NCBI GenBank assembly: GCA_963805625.1
Contig: CAWDVE010000016.1
Location: 320,001 to 384,000, forward strand
DNA from: an uncultured Candidatus Rokubacteria bacterium
GTDB lineage: Bacteria > Methylomirabilota > Methylomirabilia > Rokubacteriales > DASRDR01
DNA length: 64,000 nt
Direction: 5' to 3'
Of the stretch, positions 39,414 to 49,665 are shown piece by piece (position 1 is the stretch's first letter; each line of letters opens with the position of its first letter). The translations under genes and the position numbers were made by a program. The notes below the pieces were generated by a model. That model had not been told where the DNA came from, did not search any database, and was given only the letters and a program-made list of their open reading frames with translations.

Positions 39414-41537
39414 CTAAACCAACCCCAACCGGACCAGCGCGTGGGTCAGAGCGCTGTCCTGGTCGATTCGGGCGAGCGCGTCCTTCGAGACGATCGCGAC
39501 GACGCGATCTCCGAGAGCCGCCCGGTCGAACTCATCGAGATGCGTCGAGGTCAGAAGGACTACGGGAATCTCACGCGTGCTCGTATCCGCTGCCAGACGT
39601 GCGAGCACTTCCGCGCCTCTCAGATCGGGCATCATGAGGTCCAGGACGATGACGTCGGGACGCACCCGCCTGGCCTCAGTCAGCCCTTGCTCGCCACTCG
39701 CCGCTTCCACGATCTCGTGCTCCGTCAGCCTCTGGCGCAGCAGGTACCGCACGATCTCGTCGTCGTCGATGACGAGGACTCGCCGGCGCGGTCCCTGCCC
39801 GAACGACAGCTGCCGTAGCTCCCGCAACAGCCAAGCACGCTCGACCGGCTTCACGGCATACGCATCGGCACCAAGGGCCAGGCCCTTCGCCCGGTCGTCG
39901 ACGGTGGTCACGACGATGACCGGGACCTTCTGGAGAGCGGGATCCGACTTGGCCGCGGTGAGGAAGCTCCAGCTGTCCTGGGTGCCCAGGAGAACGTTCA
40001 GGATTATCGCCCGGGGCCGCTCCCGGGCGAGCGCTTGGCGGGCTTCCTGCAGTGATCGCGCCGGGATGAGCTGGAACTCCGATCCCTTCAGGTACTTCTC
40101 GTAGAGCAGCTGGTCTTCGGGCCTATCCTCGACGACGAGGACCGGCAGGCGCCACGGATCGGACGCGGGCACTTCGGCTGGCGGCCGCTCACCGTCCGTC
40201 AGGTAGACTCGCGGCACCGTCAGCACGAACGTCGAGCCCAGCCCGGGCGTGCTTGTCACCGACACCTGCCCCCCCACGAGATGAGCGAGCTTCCGGCAGA
40301 GTGGGAGACCCAGCCCGGTCCCCTTGGCTCGCCCCTGGAGCGCATTCTCGATCTGCGTGAAATCCTCGAAGATCCGCTCCTGATCCTCGGGGGCGATCCC
40401 GATTCCCGTGTCCGCGACTGCGAACACCACCTGGTCCTGGGATTCATTCGCGACTGCCGACACTCGGATCTCACCCCGCTCGGTGAACTTCAACGCGTTG
40501 GAGATGAAGTTCCGGAGGATCTGGGAGATCTTGGCTTCGTCGGTATGCAGCCGCGTACCGCCGTCGGGCTCTTCGAAGATCAGTCGCACGGAGTCGCCGA
40601 CCAGCAAGGGCCGCAGCATGCCACGGAGCGCACCGAAGAGGCCCTCCACCTCGAACTCGGTCGGGCGCACGACGATCTTGCCGGCCTCAACCTTGGCCAG
40701 GTCGAGCAGGTCCCCGACCAGCTCCGAGAGGTCCTGAGCTGCCTTGCGGACGAACTCCACCTGTCGTACCTGCTCTTCGGTGAGCTCCCCGTCGACCCGG
40801 GCCAGGAGGAGCCGGCTCAGCGCGAGGATCGAGTTCAGCGGGGTCCGGAACTCGTGGCTCATGTTGGAGAGGAAACGAGACTTCATTTCGTCGGCTCGCC
40901 GCAGGTGATCCGCGCGCTCGTCCAGCTCGGCGTAGAGGGCGACCACCCCACGATTGGTGTCGTCCAGCTCGCGGTTCACTCGGGCGAGCTCGTCCTGCCG
41001 AGTGCGTAGGTCGCTCAGGGCAGCGAGCAGCTCCCGATTTTGCCGCTGGAGCTCGGCCAGGGGATCGTCCGGGCGATCGCGGGCCAGCTCCTGGCTCAGA
41101 CCCTCGAGGTCGGCGGGCGTCAGCGGAGATGTTCCGGGCGGCAGGAGCTTCCGAAGCCAGACGGTCGTTCCCTGCGGGGATGTCTCGACGTGGAACCGAT
41201 CGACGAGCCGACGGGCTCCTACCAGCCCGAGCCCCATGCCGGTTGGAGACTGGTACTCGCCCCGGAGAATGCGGGCCAGGTCCGGAATGCCCGGACCACG
41301 GTCGGTCACCCGGACGAGGAAGACCTGCGGCGCGGTCTTCCCTTCGAGCACGAAGTCTACCTGTCCCCCCTGGGCATATCGGTAGGCGTTCCGCGCAATC
41401 TCGGACGTTGCCGTCGCCAAACGCGTCTGATCCTGGATGTCGAAGCCCAGCAGGCGCGCGATGGTTCGGGAGCGCTGTCGGGCCAGGACCACGTCCCCCT
41501 CGACCCGGATCGCGACGGACAGGAGAGGAAGGCTCAT
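39414..41537 (-). CDS. stressosome-linked hybrid kinase (RsbT-like HATPase-HisKA-HATPase-REC-REC)
   Basis: N-terminal ATATSEIARNA...DRGPGI...GMGLGL; SHEFRTPLN; NFISNALKFT; two receiver domains; ATGA overlap with the upstream gene. Confidence 0.92.
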   Translation of the reverse strand: MSLPLLSVAIRVEGDVVLARQRSRTIARLLGFDIQDQTRLATATSEIARNAYRYAQGGQVDFVLEGKTAPQVFLVRVTDRGPGIPDLARILRGEYQSPTGMGLGLVGARRLVDRFHVETSPQGTTVWLRKLLPPGTSPLTPADLEGLSQELARDRPDDPLAELQRQNRELLAALSDLRTRQDELARVNRELDDTNRGVVALYAELDERADHLRRADEMKSRFLSNMSHEFRTPLNSILALSRLLLARVDGELTEEQVRQVEFVRKAAQDLSELVGDLLDLAKVEAGKIVVRPTEFEVEGLFGALRGMLRPLLVGDSVRLIFEEPDGGTRLHTDEAKISQILRNFISNALKFTERGEIRVSAVANESQDQVVFAVADTGIGIAPEDQERIFEDFTQIENALQGRAKGTGLGLPLCRKLAHLVGGQVSVTSTPGLGSTFVLTVPRVYLTDGERPPAEVPASDPWRLPVLVVEDRPEDQLLYEKYLKGSEFQLIPARSLQEARQALARERPRAIILNVLLGTQDSWSFLTAAKSDPALQKVPVIVVTTVDDRAKGLALGADAYAVKPVERAWLLRELRQLSFGQGPRRRVLVIDDDEIVRYLLRQRLTEHEIVEAASGEQGLTEARRVRPDVIVLDLMMPDLRGAEVLARLAADTSTREIPVVLLTSTHLDEFDRAALGDRVVAIVSKDALARIDQDSALTHALVRLGLV

Positions 41538-42547
41538 GCGGTCCACGGTCGTGCCACGACCACGGTGACGTCGTCGTGGGGGCGTTTGAAGTCTCGATAC
41601 AGGATGCCGGCGATCACGGCAGGGTGATGGCGGATCACCCCGCGATAGGACTCGAGGTTCCAGCGAGACGTCAGCCCGTCGCTCTGCAGCACCAGGGTGG
41701 CCCCCTCCGGCCATGGGTAGGTAAACTCCTGGATCCTTCGCACCTCGTGGCCGAGGATTCCGTGATGGGACACCAGCACCCGCGGCCGGTCTCCGCCCAT
41801 CACTTGGCACGCGATGTTTCCGACCCCTGCGTAGACAAGGTTCCCGCGGCTAGGGTCGATCGCGGCTACCGCCGCCGCGGCGCCCCGTGTGGGTCTGAGT
41901 CCGCGGTGGAGACGCTCCATCATCTCGGCAGGCCCGAGCACGGGATCCTCCCGGAAGAGGCGGCATGCCTCCTGGGCCACATCGAACGCTCCAGGGCCGT
42001 GCCCGAGGCCGTCGACGACGAGAATGAGGCGAGAGCCTTCCGGATTTTCACGGACTGCCCACGCGTCTCCACAGACGTCTTCGCCCCGTTTCGCAATGGA
42101 AATGCCTGCGACCTGGAGCGTTGGCTGCCCGGCGCTACTCGCTCGAGACCGCGCCCGGAGCACGGCGACGAGGGCGGTGCCGGCAGCCCGCCCCGAGTAA
42201 ACATCGAACTCGGATGACGCGCGACGGATCGCGCCCAGGCCGGTGCCGGGGGAGCCTGCAGACGAGTACCCATCACGGAGGGCGGCTTCCAGATCGGAGA
42301 TGCCGGGGCCACGATCGAGTGCCAGGATCTCGATGCCGGCTGCATCACCGTTCCCGAAAGAGCGAACGAGGATCTCGCCTCCACCGGCGTGCTTGAGGAG
42401 GTTCGTGGCGAGCTCGGTGACCACCAGCGCCACCCGGCCGACGTCGGACTCATCGAAGCCTAGCTTGACGGCCAGCGAGGTGGCGCGCCGGCGGGCCTCC
42501 GCGGTGGCGCTGGGGTCGTTCACACCGGTGCCGAACGATTCGATCAT
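41534..42547 (-). CDS. rsbX: HATPase-fused SpoIIE/PP2C phosphatase (RsbX-like)
   Basis: VTELATNLLKH and DRGPGI N-domain; CGDAW, VDGLGHG, SDGL, DDVTVV. Confidence 0.85.
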   Translation of the reverse strand: MIESFGTGVNDPSATAEARRRATSLAVKLGFDESDVGRVALVVTELATNLLKHAGGGEILVRSFGNGDAAGIEILALDRGPGISDLEAALRDGYSSAGSPGTGLGAIRRASSEFDVYSGRAAGTALVAVLRARSRASSAGQPTLQVAGISIAKRGEDVCGDAWAVRENPEGSRLILVVDGLGHGPGAFDVAQEACRLFREDPVLGPAEMMERLHRGLRPTRGAAAAVAAIDPSRGNLVYAGVGNIACQVMGGDRPRVLVSHHGILGHEVRRIQEFTYPWPEGATLVLQSDGLTSRWNLESYRGVIRHHPAVIAGILYRDFKRPHDDVTVVVARPWTA

Positions 42548-42948
42548 TTCCATCGCGTGATGATCACGCGGGTGCCCTCGCCGACGCGCGACTCGATCGA
42601 GAAATCGCTCGACAGCCGACGGGCCCCCCCCAGGCCTAGGCCTAGGCCATTGCCACTCGTGAAGCCATCCTCGAGCGCTCGCTTGACATCGGCGATGCCA
42701 GGACCCTTGTCCTCGAAGACCACGCGCAATCCGCGCCGGGCGCCGTCGAGCAAGGACTCCAACCTGGCGGTCCCGCCCCCGCCGTAGTCCACCGTGTTCC
42801 GTGCCAGTTCGCTGGCCGCTGTGACGACCTTCGTCTGATCGATCAGGCTGAACCCAAGATCGATCGCCCACCCACGCACGAGCTGACGCACACGTACCAC
42901 GTCGTCGGACGCGCGGAGCGGAAGGGTCTCAGTGCGCTGAACGACCAT
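42544..42948 (-). CDS. rsbT: anti-sigma/serine kinase RsbT
   Basis: TAASELARN, EDKGPGI, GLGLGLGGARRL. Confidence 0.93.
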   Translation of the reverse strand: MVVQRTETLPLRASDDVVRVRQLVRGWAIDLGFSLIDQTKVVTAASELARNTVDYGGGGTARLESLLDGARRGLRVVFEDKGPGIADVKRALEDGFTSGNGLGLGLGGARRLSSDFSIESRVGEGTRVIITRWK

Positions 42949-43315
42949 CCGGACTTTCCGCCCCGAGCAGTTCCCGCAGCAGCGTCATCCCACGCTCCAC
43001 CGAGAGCGCGGTGCGTACTCCGGGCAGGGAGAGGCCGAGCTCGACGAGGGTGATGGCGACCGCCGGCCGCATCCCGACGACCACTGTGTGGGCATCGAGA
43101 ATGCGGGCCGTCGCGGCGATGTTACCGATCATGCGGCCGATGAAGGAGTCAACGATCTCCAGCGTCGAGATGTCGATCAGGACGCCGTGGGCGCGGTGCT
43201 GGACAATGCGTTCGGTGAGATCGTCCTGAAGCGCCAGGGCGAGCTGGTCGTGCATGTCGACCTGGATCGAGACCAGGAGGTAGTCCCCCATCTTGAGGAT
43301 CGGGATCCGTTCCAT
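42929..43315 (-). CDS. rsbS: STAS protein RsbS
   Basis: IPILK, GVLIDIS, VDSF (conserved phospho-Ser), GMRPAVAITLVELG. Confidence 0.95.
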   Translation of the reverse strand: MERIPILKMGDYLLVSIQVDMHDQLALALQDDLTERIVQHRAHGVLIDISTLEIVDSFIGRMIGNIAATARILDAHTVVVGMRPAVAITLVELGLSLPGVRTALSVERGMTLLRELLGAESPDGRSAH

Positions 43316-43327
43316 TCGGAAGGCCGC

Positions 43328-44185
43328 TCAGGCCCGACCGGGCGATCGCACGACGGCCAGCCCCTGCCGGCTGAGCGCGATGGCGAGCGCGTCGGCCAGG
43401 GTGGCCTTGGTCGTCACGTCGCCGAGGGCAACGCCGAGGTGGACGATCGTCTGGGCAATCTGGGGACGGATGCCACTGATGATGCAGTCGGCGCCCATCA
43501 GCCGTGCGGCGGCCACCGTCTTCAAGAGATGCTGGGCGACCAGCGTGTCGACGGTGGGCACCCCGGTTATGTCGATGATTGCGATGCCCGCGCCGGTCTC
43601 GACGATCCTCTGGAGGAGACTCTCCATGACGACCTGGGTGCGTGCGCTGTCGAGCGTGCCGATGAGGGGGAGGGCGAGGATCCCGTCCCACAGCCGCACC
43701 ACCGGTGTCGACAGCTCGAGCATCTCCTCCTGCTGCCTACCGATGACCTCTTCTCGCACCTTCTGATGGACTTCCGTCGTGTAGAGGCCCAGGCGGTCGA
43801 GGAGCTGGGTGGCCGCCCACACCTCGGAGGCGAGCCTCTCGACGTCCTTGCCGAGGTCCTGACGCAGGCGGTCGAATAGGGGCTGCTTGAGCGAGAAGAC
43901 AAAAGTCGCGGTCTCTGACGGACTAAAGCCCTGTCGCGTGCGCGCCCGTGAAAGATCAGTCAGCACGTCCCGCACCGCCGCCCACTCGGTACGATCGATG
44001 TCGGTGAAGTTTCCCGTGACAGTGGCCTCGCCGAGCGCCTTGAGGAACTGCTCTGCCGCTTCGCGCTCCTCGCGCTCGTCACCCGCTCGGTGACCAAGCA
44101 CTTCTCGCTGCTGCCGAAGCCAATCGGTGACGAGGGCCGAGTGGTGGTTCTTCAGGGTCTCCGGCAGGCGAGACTTGGCATTCAT
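43328..44185 (-). CDS. rsbR: stressosome scaffold RsbR (RsbRD_N plus STAS)
   Basis: RTRQGFSPSETATFVFSLK; ELSTPV, PLIGTLDSAR, DITGVPTVDTLVAQHL; AGAGGA RBS. Confidence 0.95.
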   Translation of the reverse strand: MNAKSRLPETLKNHHSALVTDWLRQQREVLGHRAGDEREEREAAEQFLKALGEATVTGNFTDIDRTEWAAVRDVLTDLSRARTRQGFSPSETATFVFSLKQPLFDRLRQDLGKDVERLASEVWAATQLLDRLGLYTTEVHQKVREEVIGRQQEEMLELSTPVVRLWDGILALPLIGTLDSARTQVVMESLLQRIVETGAGIAIIDITGVPTVDTLVAQHLLKTVAAARLMGADCIISGIRPQIAQTIVHLGVALGDVTTKATLADALAIALSRQGLAVVRSPGRA

Positions 44186-44602
44186 GGCGTCAGTTCCTCT
44201 CCGGTAAAAGACGGGTGAAAGCTGCTGCTGGGGAGATCGGCTCGCATTCCCTCCGGTCGTGTCTGGCAGCCAAGAACAGAGCTGAGCTGCCCGCCAGCGC
44301 ACGCATCCATAGCTGGCGAGATCGGGAGGGGAGACCCTTCGACGGAAGGAGCGCGCCCCACGCCGGATTGTCGCCAGCGCGACATGATGTCGTTGCAGGG
44401 GCTCCCCGCCGGCCTGTGCCCCCGCCCCAGGGCGCGCATCTTCGGCCGAATCCGGGAGCCACACCCACTGCACAGCAAGGTCCGGGCCCAGTTGTAGGCG
44501 GCGTCTCGGACGGCTTGATTTCGACCGCGCACTCCATGATCATCGCGGGGGGCACCCCGCCGGGGAGGTCCCAGCCAGATCACAAACAACCGGGAGGCCC
44601 CG

Positions 44603-45775
44603 ATGGAGACCGCGGATGTCGTCGTCATCGGCGGCGGCGTCATGGGGACCAGCATCGCCTTCAATCTGGCCCGCCGGCGCGCGGGCCGCGTGGTGCTGCT
44701 CGAGAAGGCCACGGTCTGCTCGGGCACGTCGGCGAAGTCGTCGGCCATCGTCCGGACCCACTACACCACCCGCCCGACCGCCCAGATGGCGCTTCTGGCC
44801 CGCGGGATCTTCGAGCGCTGGGCCGACGAGGTGGGTGGGGAGTCCGGCTTCGTGCGCACCGGCATGCTCTTCGTGGGGCCGCCGGAAAGCCGGGACCGGG
44901 TCGAGCGCACTCTCCGGATGAACCAGGAAGTGGGCATCGAGGCGAGCCTGATCGGGCCCGACGACGTGCGCCACATCAGCCCGCATCTCCGGATCCCCGA
45001 GGGTGCGGCCGTGGTCTGGGAGCCCCGATCGGGATACGGCAGCCCCCACGAGGTGGCGTCGAGCTTCGCGCGGCGGTTCACCGAGCTCGGCGGAGAGCTG
45101 CGTCAGTCGACCCCGGTCACGGGCATCGACACGCAGGGTGGGCGGGTCCGGGTGGTGCGCACCCCGCGGGGAGAGATCACCGCCGGCCACGTCGTGATCG
45201 CGGCCGGCCCCTGGGCACGGCCGGTCGGGCGGCTGGCGGGCCTGGAGCTCCCGGTCACGCCGAGCCGGGAATCGATCGTCACGCTGCGGCCGACCTTCGA
45301 CTGGAGCCCGTTTCATCCGGTCACGGGGGATCTGGCCAACGAGGTGTACCTCCGCCCGGAGACCGGCGGGCTGATCCTGGTCGGCAGCACGCGGGACACC
45401 ATCGTCCCGGGGGACCCCGACGCGTATGAGGATCGCCCCGGCGCCGACCACACGACCGAGGTCGTGACCCGGCTCGCCCGCCTGATGCCGGGCGCCGCCA
45501 GCGCCGCCATCACGGGCGGCTGGTCGGGGATGTACGAGGTCAGCCCCGACTGGAACCCGATCATGGGGACCGCGGCGGGCGTGACCGGCCTCCACTACGC
45601 CGTCGGGTTCTCGGGCCACGGTTTCAAGCTCTCGCCGGTGGTGGGGATCCTGATGGCCGAGCAGGTCCTGGACGGCCGCGCCCGGACCGTCGACATCACG
45701 CCCTACCGTCTCGAGCGGTTCCAGGAAGGTCAGGAGCTGCGCGTCGCCTACCAGGGCGCGGGCGTGATGGGATAG
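44603..45775 (+). CDS. FAD-dependent oxidoreductase (D-amino acid oxidase/sarcosine oxidase beta family)
   Basis: VIGGGVMG, GTSAKSSA, SPDWNPI, GFSGHGFKLSP. Confidence 0.92.
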   Translation: METADVVVIGGGVMGTSIAFNLARRRAGRVVLLEKATVCSGTSAKSSAIVRTHYTTRPTAQMALLARGIFERWADEVGGESGFVRTGMLFVGPPESRDRVERTLRMNQEVGIEASLIGPDDVRHISPHLRIPEGAAVVWEPRSGYGSPHEVASSFARRFTELGGELRQSTPVTGIDTQGGRVRVVRTPRGEITAGHVVIAAGPWARPVGRLAGLELPVTPSRESIVTLRPTFDWSPFHPVTGDLANEVYLRPETGGLILVGSTRDTIVPGDPDAYEDRPGADHTTEVVTRLARLMPGAASAAITGGWSGMYEVSPDWNPIMGTAAGVTGLHYAVGFSGHGFKLSPVVGILMAEQVLDGRARTVDITPYRLERFQEGQELRVAYQGAGVMG

Positions 45776-45825
45776 CTCGCACCCTGGCGTAGTCCCCTCC
45801 GCACCGACCGAGAGACGGAGACGAC

Positions 45826-46776
45826 GTGGACAAGGGCTGGATCCTGGTCGAGCTGTTGCCCCAGCAGCTGATCAACGGTCTCACGATCGGCTCCGTCTAT
45901 GCCCTGATCGCGCTCGGCTACACCATGGTCTACGGCGTCCTCCAGCTCATCAACTTCGCCCACGGGGACCTGTTCATGCTGGGGGCGATGGTCGCCGTCT
46001 TCGTGCTGGCCGGGATGGCCGTCACCGAAGGGCTCGCGCTGGGCCTGGCGATCCCACTGCTCGTCGGCGTCTTCCTCGTCTCGATGACCCTGATCGCGGT
46101 CCTCGGCGTCACCATCGAGCGGGTGGCCTACCGCCCCCTCCGCAACGCCTCGCGGCTGGCGCCCCTCATCAGCGCGCTGGGCGTCTCGGTGTTCCTCGAG
46201 AACGCCACGATGAACGTGGTGGGCCCGGGCCCTCGGTTCTTCCCCGAGCTCATTCCCGCCACCGAGTTCGTGATCTTGGGCGTCACGATCCAGGACCGGC
46301 AGATCCTCATTCTGCTTGTGGCGACCGCGCTGATGGTATGGCTCCACTACCTCGTCAACCACACCACGTTCGGACTCGCCGTGCGGGCGACAGCCGAGGA
46401 CAAGGACGCCGCAAGCCTCATGGGCATCGAGATCGACCGGGTGATCGCGATGGTGTTCGTGCTCGGCCCGGCCCTGGGCGCGGCCGCGGGCGTGCTCTTC
46501 GCGATGTTCTACGGCGTGGTGATCTGGAACGTCGGCTTCCTGGCCGGGATCAAGGCGTTCACGGCGGCCGTGCTCGGCGGGATCGGCAACATTCCGGGCG
46601 CCATGCTCGGAGGCCTCCTGCTCGGCCTCATCGAGACCTTCGGCGCGGGATACCTGCCCATCCTGACCCATGACGTGATCGGCCCGGAGTACAAGGACAT
46701 CTTCGCGTTCATCATCCTGATCCTCGTGCTCATCTTCCGGCCCATGGGCATCCTGGGCGAGCGGGTCGCGCGATGA
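45826..46776 (+). CDS. livH: branched-chain amino acid ABC permease
   Basis: GSVYALIALGYTMVYG, INFAHG, KAFTAAVLGGIG. Confidence 0.93.
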   Translation: MDKGWILVELLPQQLINGLTIGSVYALIALGYTMVYGVLQLINFAHGDLFMLGAMVAVFVLAGMAVTEGLALGLAIPLLVGVFLVSMTLIAVLGVTIERVAYRPLRNASRLAPLISALGVSVFLENATMNVVGPGPRFFPELIPATEFVILGVTIQDRQILILLVATALMVWLHYLVNHTTFGLAVRATAEDKDAASLMGIEIDRVIAMVFVLGPALGAAAGVLFAMFYGVVIWNVGFLAGIKAFTAAVLGGIGNIPGAMLGGLLLGLIETFGAGYLPILTHDVIGPEYKDIFAFIILILVLIFRPMGILGERVAR

Positions 46777-46798
46777 CGAGGCGCGCCGAGCGACGGGT

Positions 46799-48775
46799 AT
46801 GACCACGTTCAACCAGGCGATGAGCGTGCCGCTCCGCGCCGTCGCGGGGTGGAGCCGGGTGAAGAAGGTCGTCTTGCTGCTCGTGCTGGCGGCGCTCCCG
46901 CTCTACCTCGGTGCGGTCATGGCCGCGATCGGGACGGTCGTGCCCTTGAACTTCTTTCAGGCGGGCGAGCGGTACATGTTCCGGGTGCTCGATCAGGCAG
47001 GCATCTACATCCTGCTGGCCCTAGGGCTGAACGTCGTCGTCGGCTACGCGGGGCTCCTCGACCTGGGATACGTGGCGTTCTACGCCATCGGGGCTTACTC
47101 CTACGCGCTCCTGGCCTCGCCGCAGCTCGGGCTGCACATCCCCTTCTGGGTGGTGCTGCCGCTGGCGCCGCTCCTGGCCGCCCTCTTCGGAGTGCTGCTC
47201 GGCGCGCCCACGCTCAGGCTGCGCGGCGACTACCTCGCGATCGTGACGCTCGGGTTCGGCGAGGTGATCCGCATCCTCCTCAACAACCTCGATGCGATCA
47301 CGAACGGCCCCCGCGGGGTCATCAACATCGATCCGGCGACGCTCGACCCGGCGCACCTCGACCCCAAGTCGGTCGCGACCGCCAAGCTCCTGCTCTACCC
47401 GAAGCTGCCCGATCTGATCCACAACCTGCCGCTGACCCTGTCGTCCCCCGTCCAGTACTACTACCTGGTCCTCATCCTCTGCATCGGTGCCGTCTTCTTC
47501 TCGTACCGGCTCGAGGGCTCGCGGATCGGGCGCGCCTGGGCCGCCATCCGCGAGGACGAGGACGCCGCCCAAACCATGGGGATCAACAAGACGACGACGA
47601 AGCTCCTGGCCTTCGCCATGGGCGCGAGCACGGCAGGGTTCTCCGGGGTGATCTTCTCGAGTCTCCAGGGGTTCGTCAGCCCGGAGAGCTTCATCCTGCT
47701 GGAGTCGATCACGATCCTGGCGATGATCGTGCTGGGGGGTATGGGCAGCATTCCGGGTGTCGTGCTGGGCGCGATCATCCTCGTCGTGGTGCCCGAGGTC
47801 CTGCGCGAATACGCGCAGTACCGGCTGACGATCTTCGGCTTCGGCCTGACCCTGATGATGCTCGTTCGCCCGCAGGGCCTGTGGCCGGTGCGCGTGCGGC
47901 CGTCGGCGATGCCGGACGCCGCGGGCACCGGTCCGGAGCCGACGTCGGAGCGGGCGGCTCCACGCGTGGAGCTCCTGCCCGGTGCGATCGTCGAGTCGTC
48001 GGGGGCGCCGCGCGCAGGGTTCCTGGCGATCGACGGCGTCAGCAAGAGCTTCGGCGGGCTGCGGGCCGTGAGCCACGTGTCGTTCTCGGTGGCGCGTGGC
48101 CAGCTGGTTGCGGTCATCGGACCCAACGGCGCCGGGAAGACCACCCTGTTCAATCTGATCACCGGCGTCTATCCGGTGACGGCGGGTGTCATCCGATTCG
48201 CGGGGCGAGAGCTGCAGGGCCTGCCTCCCCACGAGGTGACCGCGCTCGGTGTCGCCCGGACCTACCAGAACATCCGGCTCTTCCGCGGGATGTCGGTCCT
48301 GGACAACGTCCTGGTCGGGTCGCACTGCCGCACGGCCGCCGGCGTGTTCGACGCCATGCTCCACACCCGCCGGGCCGGGCGCGAGGAGCGGGAGAGCCGA
48401 GACCGCGCGCGGGCGCTGCTCGACTTCTTCGGGATCCTCAAGTACGAGGCGCAGCTCGCGATGAACCTGCCCTACGGGGATCAGCGCCGCCTCGAGATTG
48501 CGCGCGCCCTCGCGACGCGTCCGGCGCTCCTCTTGCTGGACGAGCCGGCCGCCGGCATGAACCCCGCCGAGACCCTCGAGCTGATCGCGCTGATCCGGCG
48601 CATCCGGGACCTCGGCGTCACCGTCGTGCTCGTCGAGCACGACATGAAGGTCGTCATGCAGGTCTCGGAGAACATCGTGGTCCTCGACCACGGCGAGAAG
48701 ATCGCCGAGGGGTCCCCGGCCCAGATCCAGCGTGATCCGCGCGTGATCGAGGCCTATCTCGGGAAAGCCAGTTGA
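46799..48775 (+). CDS. fused branched-chain amino acid ABC permease/ATPase (LivM-LivG)
   Basis: LRLRGDYLAIVTLGF permease, linker, GPNGAGKTT, LLLDEPAAG, VEHDM. Confidence 0.92.
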   Translation: MTTFNQAMSVPLRAVAGWSRVKKVVLLLVLAALPLYLGAVMAAIGTVVPLNFFQAGERYMFRVLDQAGIYILLALGLNVVVGYAGLLDLGYVAFYAIGAYSYALLASPQLGLHIPFWVVLPLAPLLAALFGVLLGAPTLRLRGDYLAIVTLGFGEVIRILLNNLDAITNGPRGVINIDPATLDPAHLDPKSVATAKLLLYPKLPDLIHNLPLTLSSPVQYYYLVLILCIGAVFFSYRLEGSRIGRAWAAIREDEDAAQTMGINKTTTKLLAFAMGASTAGFSGVIFSSLQGFVSPESFILLESITILAMIVLGGMGSIPGVVLGAIILVVVPEVLREYAQYRLTIFGFGLTLMMLVRPQGLWPVRVRPSAMPDAAGTGPEPTSERAAPRVELLPGAIVESSGAPRAGFLAIDGVSKSFGGLRAVSHVSFSVARGQLVAVIGPNGAGKTTLFNLITGVYPVTAGVIRFAGRELQGLPPHEVTALGVARTYQNIRLFRGMSVLDNVLVGSHCRTAAGVFDAMLHTRRAGREERESRDRARALLDFFGILKYEAQLAMNLPYGDQRRLEIARALATRPALLLLDEPAAGMNPAETLELIALIRRIRDLGVTVVLVEHDMKVVMQVSENIVVLDHGEKIAEGSPAQIQRDPRVIEAYLGKAS

Positions 48776-49533
48776 CGGCGGCACCCTCCACCCACGGCGT
48801 GCCGGCGCCGGCTAGCACGGGGCCGATCCTCGAGGCGCGGGATCTGGTGGCCGGATACGGCCAGATTCGCGCGCTCAAGGGCATCTCCTTCCAGGTCGGC
48901 GACGGGCAGGTGGTGGCGCTCATCGGCGCCAACGGGGCGGGCAAATCGACCACGCTCCGGGTGCTGTCCGGACTCATCCGCGCCCAGGAGGGTCAAGTCC
49001 GGCTGCGCGGCGAGGACATCGCGCGAGCGACTCCCGCCGAGATCGTTCGCCGGGGCGTCGTGCACTGCCCGGAAGGCCGCCGGATCTTCACGCGGCTGTC
49101 CGTCCTCGAGAACCTCCGCCTCGGACACTACACGCGGCGCAAGACCGCCGACGAGGCCGCCGCCCTCGAGCGGGTGTTCACGCTGTTCCCGATCCTCCGG
49201 GAGCGGCGCACGCAGTTCGGGGGAACCCTGTCGGGCGGGGAGCAGCAGATGCTGGCCATGGGCCGCGCGCTGATGACGACGCCGAAGATCCTGCTGCTGG
49301 ACGAGCCGTCACTGGGGCTCGCACCGCTCCTGGTCCAGCAGATCTTCCAGACCATCCAGGAGATCAACCGGCAGGGCACCGTCGTGCTGCTCGTGGAACA
49401 GAACGCCAACCTCGCGCTCCGGATGGCGGACCGCGCGTACGTCCTTGAGGCCGGACGGATCGTCCTCGAGGGAGGCGGCGCGGAGCTCCTGGCGAACGAC
49501 GCGGTCCGGAAAGCCTACCTCGGCGAGGTCTAG
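48772..49533 (+). CDS. livF: branched-chain amino acid ABC ATPase
   Basis: GANGAGKST, LSGGEQQM, LDEPSLGL, VEQNA. Confidence 0.93.
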   Translation: MTAAPSTHGVPAPASTGPILEARDLVAGYGQIRALKGISFQVGDGQVVALIGANGAGKSTTLRVLSGLIRAQEGQVRLRGEDIARATPAEIVRRGVVHCPEGRRIFTRLSVLENLRLGHYTRRKTADEAAALERVFTLFPILRERRTQFGGTLSGGEQQMLAMGRALMTTPKILLLDEPSLGLAPLLVQQIFQTIQEINRQGTVVLLVEQNANLALRMADRAYVLEAGRIVLEGGGAELLANDAVRKAYLGEV

Positions 49534-49665
49534 GGCGGCGTGCCTGACCCGGGCCCAAGACGGCGTCGGCCCGCCGGGACGCTCGTCGCGAGCGCTCCGG
49601 CGGGCCGATCCGCGGAGCGGAGGATAGCCTTCAGGCGGTGCGGGGGTGGCCCGCCCGCCGCCCGA

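Noticed and set aside
44460-44540. RDAAYNWAR resembling an ECF sigma region-2 scrap upstream of rsbR
   Set aside because: Too short to distinguish from chance.
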